In this document: in pieces, positions 13,432 through 26,360 of the stretch
How positions within the stretch are numbered: the first letter of the stretch is position 1
Layout: each line of letters opens with the position of its first letter
Assembly (NCBI GenBank): GCA_905178155.1
Contig: CAJINV010000002.1
Span: 3,300,515-3,364,514 of the forward strand
Reading direction: 5' to 3'
Source of the DNA: Amoebophrya sp. A120
Lineage: Eukaryota > Protista > Dinoflagellata
DNA length: 64,000 nucleotides
Position numbers and translations under genes: made by a program
Notes under the pieces: model-generated
The model's input: only the letters and a program-made list of their open reading frames with translations
The model's database searches: none
Told to the model about the DNA's origin: nothing

Positions 13432-16400
13432 ATGATAAACCCTGACGGCACGGTTGCAGCGTACTATGCTTGCATGCCGAACGAAATTCGGAAACTCACT
13501 CCGAGCACGAGAGCGGGAAATGGCACGCCGACGCCGTCTTCCTCCAGGTCGAGCCGCGCCGCGGGACAGACGAGAAGCGCTGCATTGCAGAGGCAGGAAC
13601 TTCTCATGCAGAACGGCAGCAGTAGTGGTTCACGTTCAGGAGCTCAACCGTCGTCGTCCAGCACTCCGAAAGCAAATTTTCCGCCGCGGAATGATCATGA
13701 TGTAGGCAGCTCCCAGGAGCAGCGAAAGTCTTCTTACCGGCCTCGTGATCAAATTCTCTCTTCTCCGCAGCAGAATGCTTGTTCGACCGCAAACTCGCCG
13801 CTAGCAATAGCATCGCCACAGGCAGGCAATGTCCAAGTGGATGATCCAGAGAGAAAGGCTGCGCCGCCTGATCATTCGGAGCAAAAAGAGCCGAGAGCCT
13901 ATTTCCCACGCTCCGCCCCGCCTTCCACGAGAGAGACCCTTATGAACTGCAAAAATGTAGTCTGGGTCCGGGAGAGTGCCAGACTTGTCATGCAGATTTT
14001 CCATGACCCATGGGGTCTGGTATCTAGGACATAGCAAGACATATGCTGTGAGAGTTCTATCATGTCTATCCTGCATGAGAAACTGCCTCTCGATCAGGTC
14101 AAAAATATACAGCTTTTGGCAATCATGCAACACAGATTTCTACATAATTCAGATTTAGCATGACAAGTTGCTTTGTTCCAGACCCAGACACTTTTGCAGC
14201 ATTTGATAACCCTCTGGCGCGAGCATTTTCTCGGACAAGGGTTTCTCTCACGGTGCGCAGCGGATTTTTTCCCCAACACAACGGTCGCCAGCAGAGCAGC
14301 AGGTCATCTTTCGCAACTCAGCAAGGAGCTTGAAAATCAGATAGGCTTGGATGTGCCAAGGACCTTCTCCTGCAAGCCGTTGGCGGAATGTTTGGAGAAA
14401 AAGGCGCAGGAATCAGGTCGAGGACAGGCAAGAACTACCGGTCAGCAACGTGATGATCCGTCTTGCTCACCATGTCGAGCTAGTACGCCGGGTGGGTATG
14501 GGTTTCGTGGTCAAGAAGAGGAACATCAAACGAAGACTGTTCTGATCGCCGGTTGTTCACTTTGTCCTGTGCCGACGACGGCAATAGAACATCATGCAGA
14601 TCCTCCTGCTGCATCAGAAGCCCCGCCAGACAAGAATTCAAAAACCTGCAACTCGCCGGACCGGCTCACTTTGGGCGATGTGTTGAAGGTGAAGGATTTC
14701 AAACTCTCTCTGAACAGGCAGCGGGTGTTGAACAACTTGCGGACTTCGTTGCAGAAAATTCTGACGAAATTCGCTCTTAAATACCCCAACCTCTACACGC
14801 AAGGACAGAACTTCCTCGTGGGCGCGCTTTTACTCTCGTTTTACTGCGAAGAGGCAGATCGAGTTGATGATTCAAGGACTACATCAGGCGACTTTCCGAA
14901 TAAATCTCCACACCGTCGGCTGGTACATAGCGAACGACGCATTCACGAGGAAGTTGAGTTTTTCTGCTTCGCCGTTCTCTGTTTTCTCGTTGAGTTTGTT
15001 TTGCTATGAAAGCCTCAGGTTGGAAATCCTCAAAGTGGAAATAATTTGTAATGCAAAAAAACGACTCCAGTGGAAGCGCCATTTGTAGTCGGCGCATGAC
15101 AAATTTTCCGGGCACTCAAAACGTGTCTGTCATGCTAGTTAGGCAAAGGGGTGCATTTCTCTCGTGCTAATCAGCACTCCAATTCTTAACCCGTAGCACG
15201 ACAACAGTCGGCTTCCATTGCTCCTCTGCAATACAGTCTTTGTTGCGTCGCATTTCATGCATCACAAATTATTTCCACGTTGAGGATTTCCATTCTGAGG
15301 CTTTCATATTTGCCGGAAAAGTTTTACCTGCACGACTTATTTGGCTTGCGCGTGGAATCGCGCACGTTTGGGACGATTGCTGTGGGAAGGTTGCGGAAAC
15401 TACACCGGGTGATGCACTCAAATTGGGAGCAAGAAGTGGCAGTACAGGCCGCGCCGGCGCAAGGAAAAACTACTAAAACTCCTGGAGGAAGCGATACAAC
15501 TTCTGACAGCAAGGCGCCTGAAACATCAAACCCTGAGCAGCAAAACATGCAAGGTGTCCCGCGAGTTCAAGTAGGACCCCCTTTCCCGAGCGGCTGCGCT
15601 TGGGCCCGGGGAATCACGCTATCCAGGACGGGGAAGGTGGAAGTCGTCGTTCCAGCGACGGCAACTGCGCAGGAACGGCAAAACGATGCCCCCTCGACAT
15701 CTTCAGGGTCAGGCACTTCAGGTACGGCGGTCCCCGCGAAACCGCAAAAATCCCGAATCGACGACCTCGGCCATATCCACGGATCCGTCGTCGCCGAGAT
15801 ATTCCCCACGGAACTTCACTCGCAAAGCAAGACAACTAGTTACATCAACCGCATTTCCGAGCAGCAATTCTGCAAAAGCGTCCGAAAAGCGGAGAAGAAA
15901 CAGCAAAACACGTGTCCGCTGGAGGAGTGCCTGCGGGATTTTGCAGTTGAGAATTTCTGTTGCTTGTTCGCAAACCTTTTACCAGTCGAGAACATGGTGA
16001 TGCTGGTGGAGTATCTGCTGCGGATCGGAAGGTGCGGAGGTGGAAATGAAAACCATCAAAACGACTTTCTTACAACTACAGAATGTAGCAGCAGCACAAC
16101 TGCCGGATTTTTCTCAACCACCGGCTTGAACTACACTCCGGCGCGCGGATCGACCATGAGTAATGCATCCACTTCTGGATTGAAAAAACGAAGAGCCTCG
16201 ACCTCGACGACCTTGTCGGAGCATTCGGCGTATCCTAGGACAGCCGAAACACAAAAGTTGCAGGGCTATAAATTGCCAGAGCATGATCATGATCTACTTC
16301 ACGGGGGCCAGGAGGCTGACACAGAATTGTCAACAAGAAGGACAAGCCACAGACGGTCTTCTTTCTCCGTCTCTGGGATAATTCCGTTCGAAGCTGCAAA

Positions 16401-19172
16401 GTTGAACTTGCCTGTCGACAACTACCAGCTGCACCAAGGCAAGATTTCGCCGGGCGCGTCACCACCATCAACCCCGAAAAAGCAGTATGATGGCCGCGAC
16501 CTTCAGGAGGGAGGGCACGCAGGTGCTGCCCTTGAACATGCGAGTTCTGAGGGGACGAGTCCGCCGTTGAATGAGGACAGCGCACATGATGACCGCCAGC
16601 ACTTCTCTCCGCCACCGCGTAGCGGCCGACCTTCCTACCACCGCCGACACACGATCAATGCCTTTACGTACGATTCGCCCCCAAGTAGACCGGCGCATCA
16701 AGCACCACAAGCAGCAGGACACGAAATTCTAACTCCCGTCGGAGTTCTCTCCCCGGCTAGTGCCAGTATCGCAAAAATGGGCAGGCGGCGGTCGTCCGCT
16801 TGTTTCAGTCCTACTTTGCTGGAACATGAGGAAGATCTGGATCATGTGCATTTTCACAATGCACAAGGGGATCGCTCCTTTCACGGGAAAAAACAGCATT
16901 TTCCACTGTCCCCATCTTCACCTGCTACCCTCGAGCCGCCCGATAACCATAACTTCGACGAACATTATGACCACTGCAGCAGAACCTCGAGCCAAAGCTC
17001 GGCGTTTTTTCAGCGCGCGGGGCCGTTCGCAGCGCCAGTGGCCGCAAGTGGTCGATCATACGAAGGCGGTGTCGATCATAGGGAGAACATAGACCACGAC
17101 GGCTTTGACTACAAGAACTCTACGGATATTCAAGAAAGAGCACCACAGGCTGCGCCCCCTGCAGGCGAAATCCAGAATGGAAACGAGCAACGAGAGCAAA
17201 CGCAAAGGAAAAAAATCAGCCAAATAAACTCACAGCTCTGCATGACATTTCTGCACGCCGTTGCCTGTGGGTTGTTGGAAGAAGGGGAAGGTTTGATTGT
17301 GGAAAAGCTCCTGCAAAAAACGATGACCTCTCGAGGCATGTTGACAGCTGCAAGAATACCAGATCATGCGCAAGAACAACCTGTGGTCTCAGACACAAGA
17401 AAAGAACATCATCAGCTGGTAGGAATAGGACCTGAGAACGCGGCCCTCGAGGACCACGGGCAGGATATGAAGAAGCACAGCGTAGTTAACGTCACGCAGC
17501 AGGAGGGTGCTGGCAAGACGACAACAACGATGCCCCAGCAAACTAGCAGCTATGCCTCCGCCGCCCATCTTCAAAATAGAACAGACAACGACATCAAAAC
17601 CATAAGCAAGAAAAGCTCGTCTACTTCGCGCAGAGGCCCCCGGGGCGAACCGCAACTCCCACTGTCCCTGAGGTTGCGGAAAGTGCTGAAGACGGAGTTT
17701 GTGGGTATGTTGCTCGGTGGTCGGGAGATGTTGACATCAGGGGCCACAAATTGCCGTGGCCACATTGACAACTTCGAAAAAATTCTCCTCACCGCGTACG
17801 AAAACTTCGTGCAGAAGCAGTCTGTATGCATTGCAAAAGTAACGTACTAGTATAAATTGCATTACAAATTTTGACAAGGTAAAAAATGGAATTTGTAAAT
17901 GCTGTTTTACCTTAGGAGGAAGATTTGTCATGCGTATTTGCAATTGGTACGAGTACGACAATACTTTTGCACAGCATAGTCTGTTTTTCCGTTCTCAGAG
18001 CTGCTCCAGTGGTCCAGAACACAACATGAAAATACATGCCTTGCCATGGACTGCTTTCAGCTACAGAAGACACCGCCCAACAACGGAGCCGAAAGGCGAG
18101 ACACAGAAGACCACATAAATGCATCAACTTCGGCTTCACAACTCTCCCGCCACGAAATCCAAAAGCTTCGCCCCTACTTCCTCGTCGAAAAGCTGTTCAC
18201 TTTGCCGAATTTTGTCCGCTGCGAGGGTTTTTTCGAGAAGCAAAGCCCGACATTTCTGCGGGACTGGAAAAGAAGATACTTCGTGTTACACCGGGGAGTC
18301 TTGACCTGGTTTGTGGTGGACAAAAGCAGCGCAGGAGGAGCATCTGCTTCAGGGGGTACTAGCAAAACCGCTGGACGAGGACCAGTTCGCACCACCTCTG
18401 TCACGAATTCCGCTGCTTATGTAACATTATCCTCTGCTGCGAAGAAGGGGGAGCTGGATTTTCGGTTGCACAGCATGCAGTTAGACGTGGTGAGAAAAAA
18501 CAAACAGACAGGGGAAGTGTGGAGTGTGATGAGCAATTTTACTGGTATTAACAGTACAACAAGCTCAAACTCATCTGCTGTTGGGGGCAAGATGAACGAC
18601 GCGGCCTCTATGAACGCATCAGCTTCAGCCGCTTCTTCATCGACTGCCGCCGCCAGTGCCGCGAGTACAACGACCGCAGGAACATCAAGTGCTTCTAGAA
18701 TATTATCCGCAACACAGAGCAGCAGTAGTTCTACTTCGACTTCTTTTCATCAGATGTCCAAGCGCACCAAAATCATTTTAACGTCCTACACTATGTCTGC
18801 TTCCCACCAGCAACAGCATAACGCGTTTTTCTCAACTCCAGACAATGAACAGTCACAACAATATGGTATTACGTCAACACACCTAACGACCTCTACTTTC
18901 GATCCGTCGCGACGCTACATTTTCCGCTTCGAAACCAACCAGGAAGCCGAAAAGTGGTATGCAATGCAAAAGCATCGTACTCGTACTAATTGCAGTTATG
19001 CATTACAAATCCAGGTATTAAGGTAAACCCGCATTACAAATTCCATTTCTAATGCTGAGGAAATTTGTATTGCAATCACTACTAGTACGATGCTTTTGCA
19101 GTTCATAAGTGGGCTAGGGCACTGAAGGCGCATTTGGAGATTTTTTCGCCTGTGGTAATGGCATCTTCCTGA
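13432..19172 (+). CDS. TBC (Rab-GAP) domain protein with C-terminal PH domain, 4 introner introns
   Basis: TBC fingers QIGLDVPRTF and YTQGQNF; PH motifs EGFFEKQSPTFLRDWKRRYFVL and EAEKWARAL. Frame is continuous after removing all four elements; stop at 19170-19172. Start codon uncertain. Confidence 0.8.
13941..14208. mobile_element. Introner family C
   Basis: TATGAACTGCAAAAATGTAGTCTGGGTC...GACCCAGACACTTTTGCAGCATTTGATA, TSD ACCCT. Confidence 0.9.
15005..15308. mobile_element. Introner family D
   Basis: TATGAAAGCCTCAG...CTGAGGCTTTCATA, TSD TTTGC; an inverted copy lies at 39403. Confidence 0.9.
17825..17978. mobile_element. Introner family A
   Basis: TIRs, TSD GTCTG; frame restored QKQSVFPF. 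Confidence 0.9.
18958..19107. mobile_element. Introner family A
   Basis: TIRs, TSD AGTGG; frame restored EKWARAL. Confidence 0.9.
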
Positions 19173-19805
19173 TGATGATGAAGAAACTGCTGACTTCATA
19201 TAAACAAGTGATGGAAGTGAACGAATATCAATAGCACGCTGGCTACACTTCAAAAAGAAACCCAAATGCCTCCTTCCCGAAATTTTATTTTCATCTCCTT
19301 CACAAGACATATTACCAGCTGCACCCGCAAAAACGTCAGCGGACCAGCGCGGCGATCATCGCATGTAAGACGCGCAGTGGCAAAAACAAAGGCGCGCAAA
19401 GCCAGCGGCGCTAGAGCCCTGCAGAAAATTTCAGCCCGACCTGCCTCACTTTTGCACAGTGATCTACGTGAGCTTGTGCTTGTTCATCAATCATCTGCAT
19501 TTATTTAGGTTTAGAAAGTAATCTAGTTCCTCCATCGATACTTCTGATGTGCGACCTTATTTCTCAGTTTGCAGGTCACCTGTCCTTGTCCTTCCCATCA
19601 AGTACAAAGTAGAAGTAAGCATATGAGGTAGGTACATTAAGTCGTCTTCCCCATCGTCCTCATGCCGTTCCCAAGTAAGCGTATCCCATTCGTCCTCTTT
19701 TGCGCGTTTCACCAATAGAGTCTTTTAGCTCCGCGACTCACATAGAGCCATAGAGGTAGCAACCTCTAGAAAGAGAATAGACCTTTTTGCTTTTTCTTCA
19801 TCACC

Positions 19806-21374
19806 ATGAAGGCTTTGCTTCGAGCAGCGAAGGAGCGCGGGCCGACCAACATCAAGCAACACACGTCGCACCGCGATGGCACTCAGAATCAGCCCGGCGG
19901 AGGGAGAATATCGAACGAAAATCAAGGAGAAGGAAGAGGAGCACCTTCAATAGAAAACGCACAAGTGATTCACACTCTCTCGTCAGCCTCGAAAGAGCAT
20001 AATTATGCCGCAAATAGCGCACGAATCGAACAATCACACCAGCAGCAGCAGCAGCAGCAGCACGAAATTCCATCCCCAAAGTTGCAGCAAGGCGTGCTTT
20101 CCATTGCCGAGCGAGTTGGAGGAGGAACCACGGCGCCCAAAGAACATCACTACAGCTCTAGCAATGGAAATACCTTCTCTGTCAACCACGAGGAGATCAT
20201 CATCGACCTTGCCGGAAGAACCTCTCGCAGCTCCGCGTCCTCGACAGCGAGCGCGAACTCAGCGTCGTCTTCTACACTCCACCCAAACGTCCGCGTCTAC
20301 TCAGAAGTGATTTCGGCAGAAGATGAAAGGAAGATCTTGGAGTTTTTGGATTTACGGTACGGGAGTGGAGGATCATCAAGAAACTCAAGCGCAGCTGCTC
20401 CGGCAAATTGTCCGAATGCGGGAGCGGGCGGGAACGGAGTTGTTCATTCTAGCGACGTCGCCTCTACTCATGACGTACAAGGGCATCTTCCAGGCAGGTC
20501 CAGAAAAAACAATTACTGGACGGAGCTTCGCGGGAGAAAGGTTTTGAAACTCGGCGGGGAGGTTCTGGCAGACGGATTGCATCTTCCATGTAAAGCTACA
20601 GTGCCTACACAAGAAGAGATTGAAAATCCAGCGGCACCAACACCAATAGACCAGACGGGCTCGTCGTCGTCCAGGGCAGCACAGCATCCTCGTGCCTCCG
20701 AGAATTTGAATTTCCTCGACGGCCAAGACCACTGTGGTCAAGATGATCCTGAGGACTTCTCCTTTCCACCATTCCTGAGGCCAATAGCAAAGCAAATCGG
20801 AGCCCGGTTTTTTCCATCCGCAGCGCACTGTCCGAACCACTTGCTGATCAACTGTTACCAGCCGGGTGACGGGATTATGCCGCACCAGGACGGACCACTG
20901 TACCACCCGATAGTTGCGATTTTGTCGTTGAAAAGCCAGATCGTGTTCGATTTTATCGCAGATGCAGAGCAGGATGGGGGGGCCGAGGCGAATAAGGATG
21001 AAGGAGTACAATTAGAAGACAACGCCGAGGTTGATGTACATGATCCAGCGGCAACTTCAATCACAAAAAGCAAAACCACGTCCCTTTGTCTCCCACGCAG
21101 GTCTTTGCTGATTTTCGAAAAAGAAGCGTATGAGAAGTGCAAGCACGGGATTTCCTTCCAGAAGTTTGATTTTGATGCGGGGAACGAAGCCTGGGAAAAA
21201 CGTGGAGAAAGGATCAGCTTGACGTTTAGATACGTGCCATTGGCAATGCCAATGGGTCAACAGGATAGCAGCTTCTCTTGCTCCGCGGGAGAAGAAAGAA
21301 GTAGTACTACTGCGAGTTCTTGTACTAGCGGGACACAAATTGCTGCACTAGGAACAACATCTACACCAAGTTGA
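19806..21374 (+). CDS. AlkB-family 2OG-Fe(II) dioxygenase, ALKBH6-like, intronless
   Basis: PNHLLINCYQPGDGIMPHQDGPLY (HxD), HGI and RISLTFR motifs. Confidence 0.88.
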   Translation: MKALLRAAKERGPTNIKQHTSHRDGTQNQPGGGRISNENQGEGRGAPSIENAQVIHTLSSASKEHNYAANSARIEQSHQQQQQQQHEIPSPKLQQGVLSIAERVGGGTTAPKEHHYSSSNGNTFSVNHEEIIIDLAGRTSRSSASSTASANSASSSTLHPNVRVYSEVISAEDERKILEFLDLRYGSGGSSRNSSAAAPANCPNAGAGGNGVVHSSDVASTHDVQGHLPGRSRKNNYWTELRGRKVLKLGGEVLADGLHLPCKATVPTQEEIENPAAPTPIDQTGSSSSRAAQHPRASENLNFLDGQDHCGQDDPEDFSFPPFLRPIAKQIGARFFPSAAHCPNHLLINCYQPGDGIMPHQDGPLYHPIVAILSLKSQIVFDFIADAEQDGGAEANKDEGVQLEDNAEVDVHDPAATSITKSKTTSLCLPRRSLLIFEKEAYEKCKHGISFQKFDFDAGNEAWEKRGERISLTFRYVPLAMPMGQQDSSFSCSAGEERSSTTASSCTSGTQIAALGTTSTPS

Positions 21375-22319
21375 GGATGGCCGCCCAACATGGAACTGTT
21401 CATCCTTCTAGTGCTACGATTGAAAAAGCCAGCATGATTAGTTTTTCTTAAAATGCTGCATTTTTTTCATTTGGATATTTGTCTATTAGTCCAAAAAATT
21501 GCAGCACACGCAAGGCCAGGTTTTTACTGACGAAGTGTTCTTTGGGAGCAAAGAACATATGAAGTTTGCTGCGTAGTTTTTTACCATGAAGCAAGATGAT
21601 CCTAAAGTAGTCATTTTCTACTTGGGAAGTAGACGCAGCTGCACGTAGCAAAAATCAGCTTGTTGATGTACAACAGCAACGTACGTGATGTACGTATGTC
21701 GCAGCGTTTTTTATTATGTGGTCATGGTGAATCGTTCTGCTGGTGCTGTCGTAAATCGCTGATGTTGATGCACTTCGTCCGGCTCGAAGCCGAATGATCC
21801 TCGTCTCTTACATAGCTGAACACCCGTTGCTGGTACTGCTGCACCACGTACCAGTTGGCATCATCTTCGTCCTTTTCATAGGAAGATAGCTCCTTCGTTT
21901 TCCGATTCGTACAACCACCGTGGTTTGGATTTTTGATTTGCGCGTTTTCGTTCTAAATAAAGCGCACATTCCGTGATCGAAGTGTCGTGCTTGTCGTTCC
22001 ATCAGTTTTGCTACTGTCCTCTAATATCCTCCGAGGCTTTCATTCTAGTTCCCTATTCCATCGCATCCGAGACAGGAAAATTTTCAGCGCTACTAGCATA
22101 CCCGAAATCAATCTTACAAGAGATCGTTCGTGTAGAAGTAGTGGTTGCCGTATAAAAAGAGCTTCTTTCACTTTCTGATTCTGAGCACGTCGTCTTCTCG
22201 TTCTAGTAGCCACGGCAGCCTCTTACGTTATCTGGTGCGTGCTACTTTCCTAGAACATCTTCGAGTAAGTAGTTCGTTGCACAACTTCTCTCCTTACTGG
22301 CAAATAAATCACTGTCTTC

Positions 22320-24981
22320 ATGACCACCATCACGACCAAAAGTTGTAAAGACCGCACCAACATGCTACGCCCTACAGCACGAAAAACCACCGGCCTAGCC
22401 GCGCCGCTTTTGACGCTGGTGTTTTCCTCCAGCGGCCCAGGTGGTCAAGGTAGTACTTCTAACTACGTGCAGCAGGTCGCCGGCCACGCCCTGCTGGCTA
22501 TTCCAATCAGCCGGAATTACTGGTATCAACATCAGGACAACGATATGCCGGCCGACATTGCGGTCGGGTCGCTAGCGGCTTCGGCGAACGGGTACCCAAC
22601 GTCAGCGGAAAACCCGCATAACTACTGTCCAAACTGCATGGTGAGCTGCGGACCCGACGGCACGGAGGGGTATCCGACCACGCAAAAAAACTTTGGCATC
22701 TGCGGCGACCCCCGGCAGAACGCCGACGAGTGCGCGATCAAAAAGGCGGACGGCACGGGAACCTGGGACTACACGGCAACCAAACGACAAACGCACTACT
22801 TCGAAATGACGGCTTATGGAAGCGTCCTCAGGTTTGAAATCGTCAAAGTTGAAATAGTTTGTCATGCATAAAATACAGCCCACAGAGTGCCTGTCTTGCA
22901 GAGTAGGCAAGGGAGGCAGATTGGAAGCCTGTTGAGGGGTAGAAACTGAGCTGCTAAAATAGCATGACAAAAAGCGTTTTCCTTACCCAAACAGCATGAC
23001 AAACTAGATTTCGGCTCTATTCAGATTTGTCATGCGCCAATTGGAAACTGGTTCACAACTTTCATCCATTTTATGCATTGCAAGTTATTTCAACTTTGTC
23101 GATTTCAATCCTGACACATCCATACGGCTCCCCATTTTGCCCAGGTCGCCGGTAGTAACATGGGGCCGAACCGCTTTGTCCAGGGTCTGCACTACGAGTT
23201 TGCGGTTGCCTATGGGACCTGGCACGATGGGCACTTTGAGTTCCGGCTCTGTGATAAAAGTATTGACTATCTACAGAAAATGTATTTTAATGTATTCCCG
23301 TTGTACACGACGACCTTGTTGTACAACATGAAATCCGAATTTTTATGTGGCTTCTGGTGCTGCATGACAAACTTTTCCTTCCAAAGGCCTCTTCAGCATG
23401 ACAAGTTGCAACTTGTTCGTCCAGGTTGTTGTTAATGCATTGCTTTTGCGTTTGTAGTACGTCGTTCTCGTTGTACACGGGAATGAATTTGTAAATTGCA
23501 TATTGACGCAAACGACAGCGAGATGGGGCACCCCGACAACGCGTGGCGATGCTTGCATCAAGGGTGGAACCCGCTCGAGCGTGTGGATCCGAAGGTCCGT
23601 CCGACTTGCTACAAGGAGGGGCAGTGGACCGACGCGGCCGCCCTCGACGCCGATTGCCAGCCCCTCGTGGTGGGCCACGAGCACCGGTGGTATTTACCCC
23701 CCCAGGAGCCCGGGCAGTACAAGTACAAAAACGACTGGGACGCCTCGTTGGCCGCACACCAGAGCCAGAGCTTTTTCCACTTTATGTGGTACAAAATCCC
23801 GATGGATTTTACCTGCGAGCAGTGCACCTTGGTGTGGCACTGGTGGACGGCCAACACCTGCACCCCGAACGGGCTGCCGGAGAACCCCCGTAGTGCGAAC
23901 CAAAACCCGACCTACGCGGAGTACTTTGCCTCCGACGAGTTCACGGAATACAACCAGGCTCGTGGGGACAAGGGCGTCCTCGGGACGGCGAACGAGTGGA
24001 GGTCGCAGCGCGACGACTGCGACGCCAACACGAAGCCGGAAGAGTTTGCGAACTGCGCGGACGTGAAAATTGTTGAAAACAACGGCGAAGTGCCGACGCA
24101 CGAGGGCTTGACCTCGCCGTTGCCCGTTCCTTCGCCCGTGGTGTCGAGCCCGGACTACGAAGACTACGGCGACGGGGCGACCTCAACCGGTGATCAGGCG
24201 ACATCATATGCATTGCAAAAGTGTCGTACGTGTACTAGCATGAACAATCACATGACAAATTTTTTCAAGAACAAAAATGTAATTTGTCACGCTGAGTAGA
24301 AATGAGAATCGGGTAGAAACAAGTTAGATTTGTTTATGCATGCACGACTCGAGTTTGAGTTTGTACGAATGCGATACTTTTGCACAGGATACGTCACCTG
24401 CCGGAACGCCAGCAGGGGGCGGGACATCAACGACGGAGTCTCCTGGAGGTTCCGGCGTTAGTACCACGCCAGCGCCCACCCCTGGGAATGCAGGGCCGAC
24501 AACGAAGGGGCCCACCGGCTTTCCCCCGAACTTGGAAGCGCAACTAGGAGAAAACGGGCTTTTCCAGGATTGGCCGACGGCATGGCATATGCAATGCAAA
24601 AGTATCGCACTGACTCGCACTAGTTGCAATCAACATGCATTCCAAATCTCTTCATGTTGAGCATGAGCTCGTTGAGGTAAAAAATCCGCATTAATACATA
24701 AGAATTCCATTTCTCATGTTAAGGAAATTTGTCATGCGATTTCTGGTATGAGTCCGATATTACTTTTGCGATCCATATAGCACTCGGGGCAGAAGCATGT
24801 GAAAGATTACATTCCCGCAGAGTACTACCAGTCCGCCGCGTCGTCCTTTATCGAGAAGACGGCAGATGACCACGGCACGACGGGGCGGGACAAAGATGAG
24901 CAGGACCACGGGACGACGACGAGTATTGCTACAACATCGCTTGATGCGTCGGAAGTAGAGCAGCAAACGGCTGTGGTGTGA
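22320..24981 (+). CDS. Secreted lytic polysaccharide monooxygenase, AA15-like, with P/T/S-rich tail; 4 introner introns
   Basis: VAG|HALLAIPISRN (His1), GICGDP, WHDGHFEFRLC, IPMDFTCEQCTLVWHW and PEEFANCADV motifs; frame continuous after removing the elements. Confidence 0.8.
22815..23124. mobile_element. Introner family D
   Basis: TATGGAAGCGTC...GACACATCCATA, TSD CGGCT. Confidence 0.9.
23268..23502. mobile_element. Introner family G
   Basis: TAT...ATA with imperfect TIRs, TSD TTGAC; frame KSIDAND. Confidence 0.85.
24207..24391. mobile_element. Introner family A
   Basis: TIRs, TSD CATCA/CGTCA. Confidence 0.88.
24588..24777. mobile_element. Introner family A
   Basis: TIRs, TSD TGGCA/TAGCA; the right copy would encode a stop. 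Confidence 0.88.
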
Positions 24982-26360
24982 ACGCGGCGGAGAAGTTGAT
25001 GGGGAAGCAGGGGATGAAAAAAGAAGAGAATTTTTGTACCAGGAGCTCCAGCGCGAAACAAAGAATTCCCAAAGCTGTTGCAAATGATGTTCTTTTTCAC
25101 CTCACATTTTTATTTGGTTCTCGTCCGAGTGCGAGTTTCTAGGTATTGCATTTGTTTGATGATACCATGCTCAAGAACAGTTCTTGTTGGTCCACCACCA
25201 CCACATTTGATCCACGCACCACTCGAATAGTGAAGGTCAATCACTTCGCTTTCTATTCGCTACGGCAAAATTTTTTTTACCAGGATTCCCATTTTGTACT
25301 AAAAAACTCATCGTATTACATTTCTCTGGCTACCCATAGAAAACAGTTCTCGAATAATATCAGTATCACCCTTTATTGATGCCGTATGATTATTTCTAAT
25401 TTTGCATATCAGCTGTCGTGAGTGAACAAGAGGTAACCCGTTGAACAAGACAAATGACAGTTGTATTTGTGTTGTGTCCTCGTCGTCCGCGGGCTGGGCT
25501 CCACACCGCAAATAAAACACATACACGACAAGAGTCTCGTCGTGTTCTGCTTTGGCTGCCGCCGCCCTCGCGTCTTGCTACAGCCGACTACCGCAATCGC
25601 GCCGATGATTTTTGGTACTAAGAAAGCAATAACATATTAGAGCTGGAGGTAGTGCTTCTGCCTTCGTTCAAGCCCCAGATTCTACTGATTTCGTCCTCGT
25701 TCAACCGCTTTTCTGAATTCGTCGTAGCGTTCCTTTGTCTTTTTCGCCAGCTGAAAATAAAAACATTTCTACATCAATTAAAAGAGGTACAACAAACTAC
25801 ATTTTGCACTTCTTTCTTCGTTCTTCTTTCGTTCCTCCTGTGATGTCGTGCACAATGAAAAATTAGCCATGTTGAAGGTTCGTATTCGTGCGTATAAGGA
25901 GTTCCCTCCCACTCGCCCCAGAAGATGCACCAGAAGTTCTTGGTGCATCAGGAGTAAGTACATGTAGACCACGTGTGCGCTCCTGTGGTTTAATTTCATC
26001 GTCAATCGTATAGATGACCGCGTGCCCAGATCATGAATGATCCATTCGCCGTTTCATCTTCGCATTTGTTGACTACAACATCTTCGCAATTGCTTTCATC
26101 TTCATCTGTTGTCTCAAAGTTTCCAGCAGCTTTTGAATGAGAAAGGAAAGGACTTCCCCTGAGGTGACTAACGGGTAAGTAGGTACGTACTCTGCAGTTT
26201 TAAGTTCTACTTGCTACTATACGGGACAAACATGAGTACCGGAATTTCAGGAGCACGAGCAATCGCTTTCTGTTGATTTTTCGTCAGTGTTGTCCCCCTC
26301 GTCTCACATCTAGATTTACATGCCACCACTCTAATTTTTGCGTGGGTAAAACAAGAAGTA

